Positions 1 to 11,909 of a stretch of DNA of 64,000 nucleotides are shown piece after piece. The stretch is from assembly GCF_018350175.1 (NCBI RefSeq), contig NC_058368.1, positions 223,202,001 to 223,266,000 of the forward strand, given 5' to 3'. A program made the position numbers and the translations under genes. The notes beneath the pieces were generated by a model. That model was not told the origin of the DNA. It saw only the letters and a program-made list of their open reading frames with translations, and did not search any database. Position 1 is the first letter of the stretch. Each line of letters starts with the position of its first letter. The DNA comes from Felis catus. Its lineage: Eukaryota.

Positions 1-1116
1 CCACAAATATAAACCTCGTTGATATTTACAGAATTTTGAGCTTTCACCCAGGATGGAAAATACTTCGCTGGTGTGCCATGACACTCTGGGGTGCATGCAC
101 TTGAAAGACAGCTCTTCTCTTTCTCACTGAGTCTTGGATTTCTCCTCAAAATTGTGCTCAAGTCTGCTGCAGTCAGTTGAAAGGAGCAGACACTGAACTT
201 GAAACCTATTCACCCCAGATGTAATCAAATATAATTGGTGCACAAAAGCATGAGATAAACTGATTTCATTCTTAAAATAGCCAGTCACCATCACTGAACC
301 CAAGCAATGAATAACCCAATCCAAGTGAGGCAAAAAGGATCCTGATCATTTTATTTAGTTCGTGGTGAAAAGATTTTAGTTAAAAAGTTGTGGGTTTAAA
401 AATATTTGTCTGCCAGCTGACAAACTTTTGATAAATAATTTTAAGCCTTATAGTAAAGGTAATGTTTGTTTTCCATTTGTTAGTATCCATATGCAATGTA
501 AAATAACACAGTAAATATCAAATATATATGTTTTCAATAGCTATTTGCAGTAAGGTTCTTAATTTTATGATTGAATGCACTCAATTGTTTCTATATTAAC
601 ATTGTATGGTTTATCTGATAACAAATTTCACAATAATTAGCAGACACGGTATGGAGAAAAATTTTGGTGACAAAATTTTCACAATTACAGTTAACGTTTT
701 CCACATGTCATGCTAGAATTATCTTGATAGTTACTGTTTAATAAATATTCTAAAACTAGGCTTTTTTCCCCCTTTTGTATCTGGAGGCAGTTGTTAGACC
801 AAAATTGACCAAATGATTTGTAACCATATTTTATCTATTAAGCAAAGCTGACATATTCTGATTTAGCCAAAATAGAGTAATTTACCTACTTTACAGCAAA
901 ATTAAAGCAAAGGAAATTAATTTAAAACAGAATAATGTACTTATTTTAGACATTTTTCCCAGCCTAAATTCTGAAAAGAGCATTATGCTGACCTGCTTAT
1001 ATTCTCTTTCGAATTTAGAGGGAATATTATTTAAATCAAAAACTTACACATAATTTGCAAATGGACAAGACTGAGCTGTGAGAATGCATATCTAGCTTAT
1101 AGAGTGGAACACTTTA

Positions 1117-1327
1117 TTTTTTTTAATGTTTATTTATTTTTGAGAGAGACAGAGACAGAATGCAAGTGGGATAGGGGCAGAGAGAGAGGGAGACAAAGAA
1201 TCCAAAGCGGGCTCCAGGCTCCGAGCTGTCAGCACAGAGCCCGAAGTGGGGCTTGAACTCACAAGCTGTGAGATCATGACCTGAGCCGAAGTCAGACACT
1301 CAACCTACTGAGCCACCCAGGTGCCCC
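1117..1327 (-). mobile_element. CAN-SINE (SINEC_Fc-type)
   Basis: Reverse complement has GGGGCACCTGGGTGGCTCAG head, tRNA-Lys-like A/B boxes, (CT)n tract and A-tail; flanking repeat AACACTTTA. Confidence 0.95.
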
Positions 1328-1872
1328 TAAAACACTTTAAAATAGGAGTGAGATGTCACACATAGATGCCTTTATGTCAAAGTTTCTGTCAGGAAGCCAG
1401 GAAGTAGCTATTACCTCTATGTCAAATAGTAAGATGAGTTTCTGTTATCAAGCTTTGAAAGGAGGAAAAATGCACATACTTCAAAACTTGTTTTCCCTTT
1501 TCTAAACAGAAGACCAGGATCTAAGTATAAGACCCAGGAAAATTCATTTTAAAGTAGAATCTCTTGGGAGATATTAAGAATAGATTTAGTGTTACTCCTT
1601 TTAGGCCCAGGGAAGAAACATCCTGAGAGCATGTAATTTTGGTATGGCTAATTTAATATTTGATTCCCCATGTGGAGCTGCACTTGCTTTTGTTTATTAA
1701 ACATAACTTTCTTATGATTATGAAGTAGGTCAACTGTTCAATCTTGGAAAGCTTAAATTGATCCCTTGCTTAGACATAAGTATTATGGGGAAGAACAGTC
1801 TTGACCACTTTAATACACTTGCTTGAGTTGTTTTTTGTTTGTGTGTGTGTGTGTGCGTGAGCATGCATGCAC

Positions 1873-2107
1873 TTTTTTTTTTATTAAAAAAAATTTTTTT
1901 TAACGTTTATTTACTTTTTGAGACAGAGAGAGACAGAGCATGAATGGGGGAGGGTCAGAGAGAGAGAGGGAGACACAGAATCTGAAACAGGCTCCGGGCT
2001 CTGAGCAGTCAGCACAGAGCTCAACGCGGGGCTCGAACTCACAAACCGTGAGATCATGACCTGAGCCGAAGTCGGCTGCTTAACCGACTGAGCCACCCAG
2101 GCGCCCC
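1873..2107 (-). mobile_element. CAN-SINE (SINEC_Fc-type)
   Basis: Full-length, CpG-rich copy ending ...GAGCCACCCAGGCGCCCC on +; short (GT)n just upstream. Confidence 0.95.
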
Positions 2108-2179
2108 GCTTGTTTTTAACTTGAGTTCTTGAGCAAACTTTGGGCAAGTGGAATATGTTTCTTTTGTACCTTTATTTTA

Positions 2180-2385
2180 ATTTTTTTTTATGTTTATTTA
2201 TTTTTGAGAGAGAACATGAGTAGGGGAGAAGCAGAGACAGAGGGGGAGACAGAGAATCTGAAACAGGCTGCAGGCTCTGAGCTGTCAGCACAGAGCCCGA
2301 CACAGGGCTCGAACTCGGGAACGGTGAGATCATGACCTGAGCCGAAGTCGGACGCTCAACCGACTCAACACCCCCAGGTGCCCCC
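2180..2385 (-). mobile_element. CAN-SINE (SINEC_Fc-type)
   Basis: Full-length; imperfect TSD TTTGTAC(C/A)TTTATTTTA. Confidence 0.93.
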
Positions 2386-3024
2386 CATCCTTTGTACATT
2401 TATTTTAGAGTCATTACAGATTATCAGAAAGTTGAAAATATTAGAGGGAGGTCCAGTTAACTTTTCACTTCTTCTCTTCCAACATTAACATGCTGCATAG
2501 ATGGAGTATGCCATGACATTCACATTTGTACAATCCATAAAACATATTCAGGGCCTTTTATATATGCACTCATTTGTGTATGTGTATAGTTCTTTGGTCT
2601 ATGTAACAACAATCAAGATGCAGAATTGCTCTATCACCCAGACTCCCTAGTGCTATTACCCAAATGCAAAACCATTCAAGTGGTAACCATTAATATGTTT
2701 CTATCCCTATAATTACTTTATTTCCAAGATGTTATGTAATTCCCTTGAGGTCCATCCACATTGTTGAATGTGTTAATGTTTCGTTCCTTTTTATTGCTGA
2801 GCAGTATTCCATAACTCACAGTTTGTTTACCATTCACACATCAAAGGGCATTTGGGTTGTTTTCACTTTTTGATTATCATGAATAAAGTTGCTATGAACA
2901 TTTATGTACAGATTTTTGCATGAGCAAAAGTTTTCAATACTCAAGGATAAATGCTCATGAGTACATTTGCTGCTTTGGATGGTAAATGTATTTACAGTTT
3001 AAAAGAAACTGCTTATCTATTTTC

Positions 3025-3246
3025 TTCCTTTTTTTAAAACATTTCTTCTTTTTTTTTTAAGTTATTTTGCGGGGCCGGGGGGAGACGTTGGAGGTGCAGA
3101 GAGAGAAGGAGAGAGAGAATCCCAAGCAGGCTCTATACTGCCAGAAGAAAGCCTGATGTGGGACTCAAACTAACAAACCGTAAGGACATGAACTGAGCTG
3201 ATACCAAGAGTCCGATGCTTAACTGACTGAGCCACCCAGAGACCCC
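3025..3246 (-). mobile_element. Older CAN-SINE inserted in L1
   Basis: Diverged SINEC body; imperfect TSD TGC..ATCTATTTTC on both sides. Confidence 0.85.
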
Positions 3247-3330
3247 TGCCAATCTATTTTCAAGAGTGGCTGTACCATTGTAGTTTCACACCAACATTGA
3301 ATGAGTGATACAGTTTCTCCACATCCTTGT

Positions 3331-4031
3331 TGTCATAGACTCTGGCCCTTGTCCAGAACGAGAGCAGGAGGCATTAATAAAAATGCAAGAGAGGGTAATG
3401 TCCTGGAGGCTACAAGAGCCCTGAGTAAGGGTCCTTGCTCCATTTTTATTAAAATCAGAAGTCTTACAAGCATGATGGACGTGCGCAAAGAGACAACGAA
3501 ACCATGAATATTAACTCACATACTTGGGGAAAAAGGGGTTCTGGGATATGCAGTGTTAGGCATTTGGGTCAATACAAAACAAGATTCTGGTGCTGGGTGG
3601 AAGGTTGTTAACAGCAAATAGGAGGAGCCACCTCTGTTTACCTGAACTGGTCTAGGAGACAAGAAAAGCTTGCTACCCCAAGGTCAACAAGGCACCTTTC
3701 TTTTGCTAATGAGCTCCACTCTGGGCAACTTCACCCTGCTGGGTTCTAAAGTACTGTTTTCCTGTTACTTAATTTGGTCCTTCTTTCCTGCTATTATACT
3801 AAGTTGGGGGCATTTCTGCCCTGAATACCTAATCTTCTTTAGCTCATCTTGGATGTTTTCATCCTGAGATTCCCTATTCCTATATCTTTGTCCCATAGTG
3901 AGGGCCTTTGCCCCTTTTTCCTAATCTTATGTACCTAATCTTCGATGTTTTCATTCAGTGGCTTTCTAATTCTTTATGCCTTATGAACCCATCCATGAAA
4001 GCTCAGAGAATTCCCAAGCTTATTCCCCACA
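3331..4031 (-). mobile_element. Solo ERV LTR (~700 bp) inserted in L1
   Basis: TG...CA termini, 6-bp TSD CCTTGT/CCATGT (1 mismatch), cleanly splits the L1 motif CCACATCCTTGT|CAGCA; minus-strand AATAAA near 3445. Confidence 0.8.
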
Positions 4032-4523
4032 CCATGTCAGCATATTTTGTTTCACACATTTTACCAGATGTTTAGTGATCATGCATTGTGGTTCTAATTT
4101 ACATTTCCTTAATGGCTTAACAATGTTGAACATCTTTTCAAGGGCTTATATCTGTATTTCTTATCAAAAGATTTCTTCAGTGAAATGTCTGTTCATTTCT
4201 TTTGCCCATTTTCTAATTGGATTGTTTTTTTGTTTACTGTTGAGACTTGAAAGTTCTTTGTATATTTTAGACACAAGCCCTTTGTCAGATGTGTGGCTTG
4301 CAAATATTTTCTCACAGTTGTATTTTGTCTTTTCAGCCTGCTAAAAAGGACTGTGAAGAGCAATAGTTCTTAATTTCCATGAGGTCAAATTTATCAATTT
4401 TTTTATCTGTTGTTGATTGTGCTTTTGGGGTTAAGTTGTAGAATTCTTTATAAATATAGACATATAGAGCGATAAGATATGTAATATATATTACAAGCAT
4501 ATTATATCAGATATATAAAGGGA

Positions 4524-4634
4524 TGATAATATATATATATTATATATTATGATATATATAATGATATATATATATGATAATATATATATATTATATATTA
4601 TATTATATTATATTATATATATATATATATATAT
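4524..4634. repeat. Imperfect (TA)n/(TATAT)n low-complexity tract
   Basis: Direct reading. Confidence 0.95.
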
Positions 4635-5414
4635 GAATCTCCTGCATATTTTTTTCAAAATAGTTTTTCTATAAGTTTATGGTTTTATATTTACATTTAA
4701 GCCTTTTATTCATTGTGAGTTTTTGTCTCTTGTTTTATATAAGGTAGGAAGTTTAAGGTATTTTCAATATGTATATCTTCATTGATTTTCTCTTCTTATT
4801 GCCCTGGCTAGGACATCCAGTAGTATGATGAATACGAGTGGGGAGAGCAAACACTCTTGCCCTGTTCCTGATCTCAGGGAAAAAGCATTCAGTCTTGCAA
4901 CATCAAATATATTAGTTATAATTTTTTTGTTGTTGATGTGCTTTATCTATCAAAGACGTATCCTCAAATCATAGATTTCTAAGTGCTTTGTAATGAATGG
5001 GTTTTCGACATCGTCAAATGCTTTTTTCTGATATGATCATGATTTTTTTTCTATATCCTGTTCATCTGGTGGTTACTATGTTGGATTTTTGAATATTTCA
5101 CCAGCTTTAAATGTCTCAAATAAATCCCACTTGACTATTGTATGTCATTTTTTAATGCTTTGCTGGATTGAATTTTTTCTTAGTGTTTTGTTACAGATTT
5201 TTACATCTACGTTCATAAGAGCTATTGTTCTGTGATTTTCTTGTTGTACTATCTTTGGTTTTGGTATCAGGAATACCAGCCTTATAAAATAGGTTGGGAA
5301 GTGTTCCCTCCTCTTCTGCTTTCCAGAAGAGATGCGTGTAAAATCGGTGTTAATTCTCCTTCAAAAGTTTGGTAAATACCCTAGTGAAATTGTTATGGCT
5401 TGAGAATTTCTTTT

Positions 5415-5633
5415 TTTCTTTTTTTTTTTTCAACGTTTATTTATTTTTGGGACAGAGAGAGACAGAGCATGAACGGGGGAGGGGCAGAGAGAGAGGGAGA
5501 CACAGAATCGGAAACAGGCTCCAGGCTCTGAGCCATCAGCCCAGAGCCCGACGCGGGGCTCGAACTCACGGACCACGAGATCGTGACCTGGCTGAAGTCG
5601 GACGCTTAACCGACTGCGCCACCCAGGCGCCCC
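5415..5633 (-). mobile_element. Young CAN-SINE (SINEC_Fc-type)
   Basis: CpGs largely intact; perfect 13-bp TSD GAGAATTTCTTTT (5402-5414 / 5634-5646). Confidence 0.97.
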
Positions 5634-6602
5634 GAGAATTTCTTTTATGGGAGTAAGTTAATTACTTAATTTCCTTACTGATTATTGGACTATTTAGTAT
5701 TCCATCTGCATTCAGTTAGATTCTTCTCCCCATTTTTGAGATATAATTGTCTTATGTACTTCCTTTACATGCATTGAGCACCACGTCCTATGGTGTAGTT
5801 ATTTTGATTCACCAAAGAAATACAGTTTAAAATTCTAATAAGAAGGATAGTATATTGCATATACCCTTTTTTTCCCATTCCATTTATTTTCTTTCCTTCA
5901 GTTAATATTTTATTTTTGTTTAGAGAGATTTCCTTTAGCCGTGATTAAAGGAGAGGTTCACTGATGACCAAAAAAATCACATTTACTTCTCAGAAAATGT
6001 GTTTCTTCCCCCTCCATTCTGAAAGGAGAATCACCAAATATTGAATTCATCGTTGACATTACTTTTTGTACTTGAAAAATGCTGTGCTACTTTCTTCAGA
6101 CCTCTGTTTTCAGATAAGACATTTGCTGTCATTCAAATTGCTCTTCTCTATATATAATGAGTCCTTTTTCTTTGGTTGCTCTTAAGACTCTTTTCTCTGA
6201 TACTATTTTTTAGTTGTTTAATTCTGGTATCTTGGTATGTATCTTTTTGGGTTTATCCTCTGTGGGATTCACTCAGTTTCTTGAATCTGTAGGTTTATGC
6301 ATTACATATTTGGAGAGTTTTCAGTGTATTTATATGAGTAATTTTTCAGTTCCACACTCTTTCTCTTTTTGCAGCTGCAATAACATCAATACTATATCTT
6401 TATGTAAGATCCCTGAGGCTCTGCTTAGGCTCTGCTGATTTTTCATCTGTTTTCTTTGTGTTGACAGGATGCAATAAATTATTTTGATCTGTACTAAAGT
6501 TCACTGATCCTGTCTTCTGTCATTTACCTCTGTGGTTGCTCCCATCCAGTTTGTAGTACTGTTTTTCTTCTTGTGCTTTTCAATTCTATATTTTTATATA
6601 TG

Positions 6603-6822
6603 TTTTTTATGTTTTAATTTTTTTCGAATATTTATTTTTGAAGCTGAGAGAGACAGAGTGTGAGAAGGGGAAGAGCAGACAGAAAGAGAGACACAGAATC
6701 CAAAGTGGGCTCCAGGCTTTGATCTGTCAGCACAGAGCCCGATGCAGGACTCAAACTCACAAACCATGAGATCATGACCTCAGCCTAAGTTGGACACTTA
6801 CCCAGGTGACCTGCCACCCCCC
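6603..6822 (-). mobile_element. Diverged CAN-SINE with deletion near the head
   Basis: SINEC body (GAGACACAGAATCC...TGTCAGCACAGAGCCCGATG...GAGATCATGACCT). Confidence 0.85.
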
Positions 6823-8507
6823 TACACTTGGTGCTTTGTTATAAAGATTAGTTACCTGCTGAGATTTTCTACCATTTCCTTTGTTTCAAGATAATTCATA
6901 ACTGATTGTTGAAACATTTTTTAATGACTGTTCTAAAATTCTCCAAAAGAATTCCAAGATCAGATAATTCCAAGATCAGATTCATTTTGGTATTCGTGTT
7001 AGCAGATTGTCTTTTCTCACCAAATCATGAACGTCTTCATTCTTGGGATGATGAGATAATTGGGATTTTGTCCTGGACCTTTTGGTTATACTTAGGAGAC
7101 TCAATCCTATTTAAGTCGACTATGTCAGCTGTTGCCTTTTTAATGTTTTGTATATGTTCTGGCCTTCTTTGTGGACTATGGGTTCAATTTAATTTTCAAG
7201 TCCCTTGTAATATATTCTTATCTGTTTTCTTTCTTCCTTTCTTTCTTGCTTTTTTGCTTTCCCTGGGGATTCTGGGTATCTGGCTCAGTCTCTGATGGTT
7301 CTGCCTGTAGGATCACATAGTGTTTTCTTGTCCCACCTTCTGCAAGTGGGGAAAAGCATGTGGGGAAATGTCACCAAGCTTGACTCACTCTCTGTCACTG
7401 TTGAAGAGCTGGCAGTTGCTGGGTCTCAGTCCCCTCATGCCTCTAGGTAGAGGTCCAGAGACACCAGGGTTTCCTGCCACAGTGAAAGATTCTGTCCCAC
7501 TACAACCCTGGGTGTGGAATAGGGGTGGGTCCTGCCCACTTGGTGTTTGCTTGGCTTCTCCTTTCTGGGTGATTTGGCAGGAGAGACAGGTTCCTCTTGT
7601 TTCTTATTGATGGTTCCAGGTCGTATGCTTCTCTGGAAGCCAAGCTAAGATAAATGGTAAATTAAAAAAACCCAGGCAATCTACTGTCATGTCATTTCTT
7701 TAGTCCTAGAGTCCGTATTCAGGCACACTTTGACTTTCTTACTTTCAGAGCCTTTTATAGTTGTATTTGATTATTTCTAGAGTATTTAGTTGTATTTAGA
7801 AGGGGGGTGTAGGGAAAAGTAAATCTATATCATCTAATGTGGGCATGTGCCCTACATATTGAGGAAATGAATGTAACATGGGTGTATCCAGATGAATAAA
7901 CACACTAACTTAATATATAGGGACTAATTACATGTGTATTTTTTTAAACAAAAGCATTGAGTGAAATGGGCACATAATAAAAATGAACTCTAGAAACAGA
8001 AGGTACCACCATGGGTGTAAGGAATTCTCCAAGTATGGGCAATGTTGAAAGGGGACGGGGATTCATACATTTCTATCATCTAAACCAGTCTTAGCAGTTG
8101 CCACTAAAAATAAAATCTTAGTATTAGGAGTGGTGACTCTAGTACCTTTATTGTATACACAGTGTAAAGATTAGGATTTTCTGATTTTTATACTTTATTT
8201 ATTAAATACAGAGTCGTTATTGTTTCCCCAATGCTAAATCAAGTTTGAATAGGTGGACTTTGTTTTTTCCTCTTTGCAGTCAAATATAATTATATTAATA
8301 GACAAGGGCATTTAGATATTTAGATGAAAACAAAACAAAACCTTGGCAGCATGTGTAATTGGAAATTCTAGTACTTATTAGGAGATTGAATGTTAGACTA
8401 GAACAATCATCTGGAGGTTATAAGAAACACATGAAAATAAAAAAGGAAAAGGTAAAAGATGTCAAGGTGCTTCCATCACCACTTCTTCAACTCAAATAGA
8501 TCTTTAT

Positions 8508-8722
8508 TTTTTTTTTCAACATTTATTATTTATTTTTGGGACAGAGAGAGACAGAGTGTGAACAGGGGAGGGGCAGAGAGAGAGGGAGTCACAGAATCAG
8601 AAACAGGCTCCAGGCTCTGAGCCATCAGACCAGAGCCCAACGCGGGGCTCGAACTCACGGACCGCGAGATCGTGACCTGGCTGAAGTCAGACGCTTAACC
8701 GACTGCGCCACCCAGGCGCCCC
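8508..8722 (-). mobile_element. Young CAN-SINE (SINEC_Fc-type)
   Basis: Perfect 16-bp TSD TCAAATAGATCTTTAT (8492-8507 / 8723-8738); CpG-rich. Confidence 0.97.
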
Positions 8723-9024
8723 TCAAATAGATCTTTATAAATGGATATCAATTTATCTTATTGGCTGAATTAGTTAACCTGTTTTTTATGATAGTGGTAC
8801 CTAGAATGGTTGAAGTCAGAATGGGTATGTGTAACTACTGCCTTTTAGTCATACAGAGTAACTATTGGAAAAACAAATAAACAACAACAACAAAAAGCCT
8901 TCCTGAATCTAATTTCTTATAGAATTTCTTCTCTATAAATTAATGACTAATAAGATTTCCCCAATTAGAATATCAATGGATTCTTTTTTTCTTTATAGGA
9001 AAGTTTTAAATATTTGTTTTGCTA

Positions 9025-9224
9025 GGGGCGCTGGGTGGCTCGGGTGGTTAGGGGTCTGACTCTTGATTTTGGCTCAGGTCATGATCTCATGGTTCATGAG
9101 TTCTGTGCTGTCAGTGTGGAGCCTGCTTGAGATTTTGTCTCCCCCTTTCTGTCTGCCTTTCCCTTTCTCTCTTTCTAAATAAATAAATAAATAATAAATA
9201 AATAAATACATAAATAAATAAATA
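9025..9224 (+). mobile_element. Older CAN-SINE with (TAAA)n tail
   Basis: GGGGCGCTGGGTGGCTC head, CT-rich region, (TAAA)n tail; flanking GTTTTGCTA repeat. Confidence 0.9.
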
Positions 9225-9669
9225 GTTTTGCTAGTTTTTCATGTCAATATTTAATTACACACAGAAGATTATAATGTTCTAAAGATCAGGGATCAGGAAC
9301 TAAAAATGGTTTTAAAAGTATTCGCTGCAAACTTTAGGTCCTGATACTCAAAGATTCATAGCATATTATGCAACTTTTATATGTTGGCATCAACAAAAAA
9401 GGGTTAACTTGTTTGTTTTTATTTTCTCTAAAATTAGATCATAAAATGTATGGCAGATGATGGATCAGAGGACTGTTATTCAAATATGGTATTTAAATCA
9501 CATCTCGGTTTATAGCTTGCAATGGTTTTTATATCTTGACAAGATTGGTTATTTACAATCCGAGTTCAATCTCAGGATTCATATGTTTGGATTCATTCTA
9601 TATCTCCCTGAAATATTACATTTAGCTTCATGTTTCCTTCCAATTCACTTTGAGAACTGAATTACTTAG

Positions 9670-9910
9670 ATTGATATGGTATAGTGGAATGAAAATGGCA
9701 TTTGGATTCAAGACACAGTGTATGAATTTGAACTTCACCATAAAGCAACTGTGTATGCTTGTGAAGTTTTTAACTTTTCTGATTCTTGCATTCCTTACTG
9801 GAACACAGGATTGCAAGCATTTGTGTCCTGTGTAGCTCATGGTCTTGTGAAATCGTGATTCAAGGTAAGAGGAGAGGATGTAAAAGCCCTTTATAATTAT
9901 TGTATCATTA
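9670..9910 (+). mobile_element. MIR SINE remnant
   Basis: GGTATAGTGGAA...TTTGGATTCAAGAC head and degenerate core; highly diverged. Confidence 0.55.
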
Positions 9911-11199
9911 TCAGGGTTTCTATAATTATCTCCGTACAACAAACTCCGTTAGCTGAGACTAATCTTAAAGAGGCATCATGCTACCACCTAGCAGAGAGTT
10001 TGTCATAGGGCAGACTTCCCATTTGTGACATGGTTCCCTTGGTCCCGTCTCCAGATCCTGAATTTGGTCTGTGCTAGGCATCAGTCCCTATAGGGGGCTG
10101 GAGTCCCATCCAACCGCGGCTTTGACTGCCTTTCCCTGAGGTTCAGGGCATTTCTTGACATTGGCTGTCCACTTGAGGTTCACTTCATGTCTCTGCTTCG
10201 ACCTATTTGATATGTTTCTGTTTTCTGCTCAAGGTTTGCCCTGGCTTTTGATCTGATGTCAAGCTAAAGTCACATTCCTCACCTCATCTCCAGCAGGTCT
10301 CAAAGTGGGGAAGGCTAAGAAAGGTGATGTCTGTCAGCCTTGTGGAATCCTTTTGGAAGGATTCAGTCTGTGGGTTGACTTGTTTCAGGAGAATATCAGT
10401 AGAATGGCATATTGAAAGCCAGTAGTCAAGGATCAAAATTATCTCCTAGAGAATTTTAGAATGGACATATTTTCTGTGACAAATTTGAATATTTGTATAA
10501 ATATAGCACCCTTGATAAATAAATATATTTTATTTGTACATACATCTGGATCCGGGGAGTCACTTCTCAATGGCAGAGTTCTTTTTTCATCTGTTAGTGA
10601 TTGGGTGATGAAAAGTGTATTGCATTTAATGTCAAGGGCCAAGGGCTTTAAGTATGAGGATGATTTAGGTTGTACCAGGTAAAGATGAGAATCTGTTGAA
10701 GGGAAATCATATCTGACTCAATTTAGAAGAAATAGCCTCACTGAATTTTTTATATTCTTCTTTAAAAGAGGAGTCTGTATCCTCCTGAAATCTCAGTGAT
10801 GTTTTGGCATAGGACCTTTGCCCATGGCACGGATCTCAGTGATTTTGATCCCTGGCTTAATACATTCTTTGATGCTGAGCCATTATTTAACTGTCTAGTA
10901 TGTCCAGTTTCCCTTTGTAATCCATTTTCCTGATCATGTCTTCATGTCCTTGACCTAAACACACTGCCATTTCTAGGCTTACATGAAGCTCCAGGAGTTT
11001 GGGTTGAAGGGAAAACAATGTAGTATGATGAAATATTGTGATTTGGAAGGTAAGACATTTGTATCAGTCATAGTTTCTCATGTAGCTTCATATATATTCT
11101 TAAGTACAAATGTGAATGATGCATCCTCTTTCTTTTCCAATAAAAAAAAAAAGGAAAAAGACAAGATACTTGAGATAGTTCTTAAAAATAATGGGACAT

Positions 11200-11367
11200 G
11201 GGGAGCCTGGGTGGCTCGTCGGTTAAGCATTCGACTTCAGCTCAGGTCATGATCCTGCAGTTCGTAGGTTCAAGCCCTCGATTGCGCTCTGTGCTGACAG
11301 CTTAGAACCTGGAGCCTGCTTCAGATTCCGTGTCTCCCTCTCTCTCTGCCCATCCCCACCCACTCAT

Positions 11368-11426
<59 letters not shown>

Positions 11427-11458
11427 AATAAATAAAAATAGTGTTTTAAATAAATAAT
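11200..11458 (+). mobile_element. CAN-SINE with expanded (CT)n
   Basis: Full SINEC body; long pure (CT)n at ~11372-11423. Confidence 0.93.
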
Positions 11459-11468
11459 TAAGGGACAA

Positions 11469-11718
11469 GAGTGCCTGGATGGCTCAGTCAGTTAAGTGAC
11501 TGACTCTCGATCTCTGTTCAGGTAATGATCTCATGAGTTAAGTGACTGACTCTTGATCTCTGTTCAGGTCATGATCTCATGGTTTGTGAGTTCAAGCCCC
11601 ACATCAGACTCTGATAGCACAGACCTTGCTTGAGATTCTGTCTCTCCCTCTCTCTGCCCCTTCTTTTCTAATCCTCTCTTTCTGTCTCTCTCATTCAACA
11701 AAATAAATGAGCTTAAAA
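11469..11718 (+). mobile_element. Older CAN-SINE with internal 46-bp tandem duplication
   Basis: SINEC head; units 11490-11535 and 11536-11581 differ at 2 positions. Confidence 0.88.
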
Positions 11719-11909
11719 CAATGATAACAATTAGGAGCAGTCTGGAGCAGATGTCTGGATCTTGGGCGGTGAAGTCACACAACCTATGTTCAATCCTGTC
11801 TCAACCACATGTTTATTCTGTGTCTTTTGCCAAATTGTTTATTCTCTCTAAAAATCGTTTTATATACACTTTTTATTAAGGGGATAAGAAATGGAAAATA
11901 TATTGAATC

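Larger units (their letters stand above)
2387..7830 (-). mobile_element. Fragmented ancient L1 (L1MC/L1M-type: 3' UTR, ORF2 and upstream remnants) interrupted by SINEs, an LTR and a TA tract
   Basis: Typical antisense L1 phrases (GTTCCTTTTTATTGCTGAGCAGTATTCCAT, TTTGCCCATTTTCTAATTGGATTG, TTGCCCTGTTCCTGATCTCAGGGAAAAAGC, TTGGTATCAGG); no intact ORF; identity less certain beyond ~5700. Confidence 0.8.

Noticed and set aside
124..350. Short minus-strand ORFs at the window start, including an ATG-initiated hydrophobic 25-codon frame
   Set aside because: Early stops, no splice context and no recognisable homology; possibly a decayed repeat
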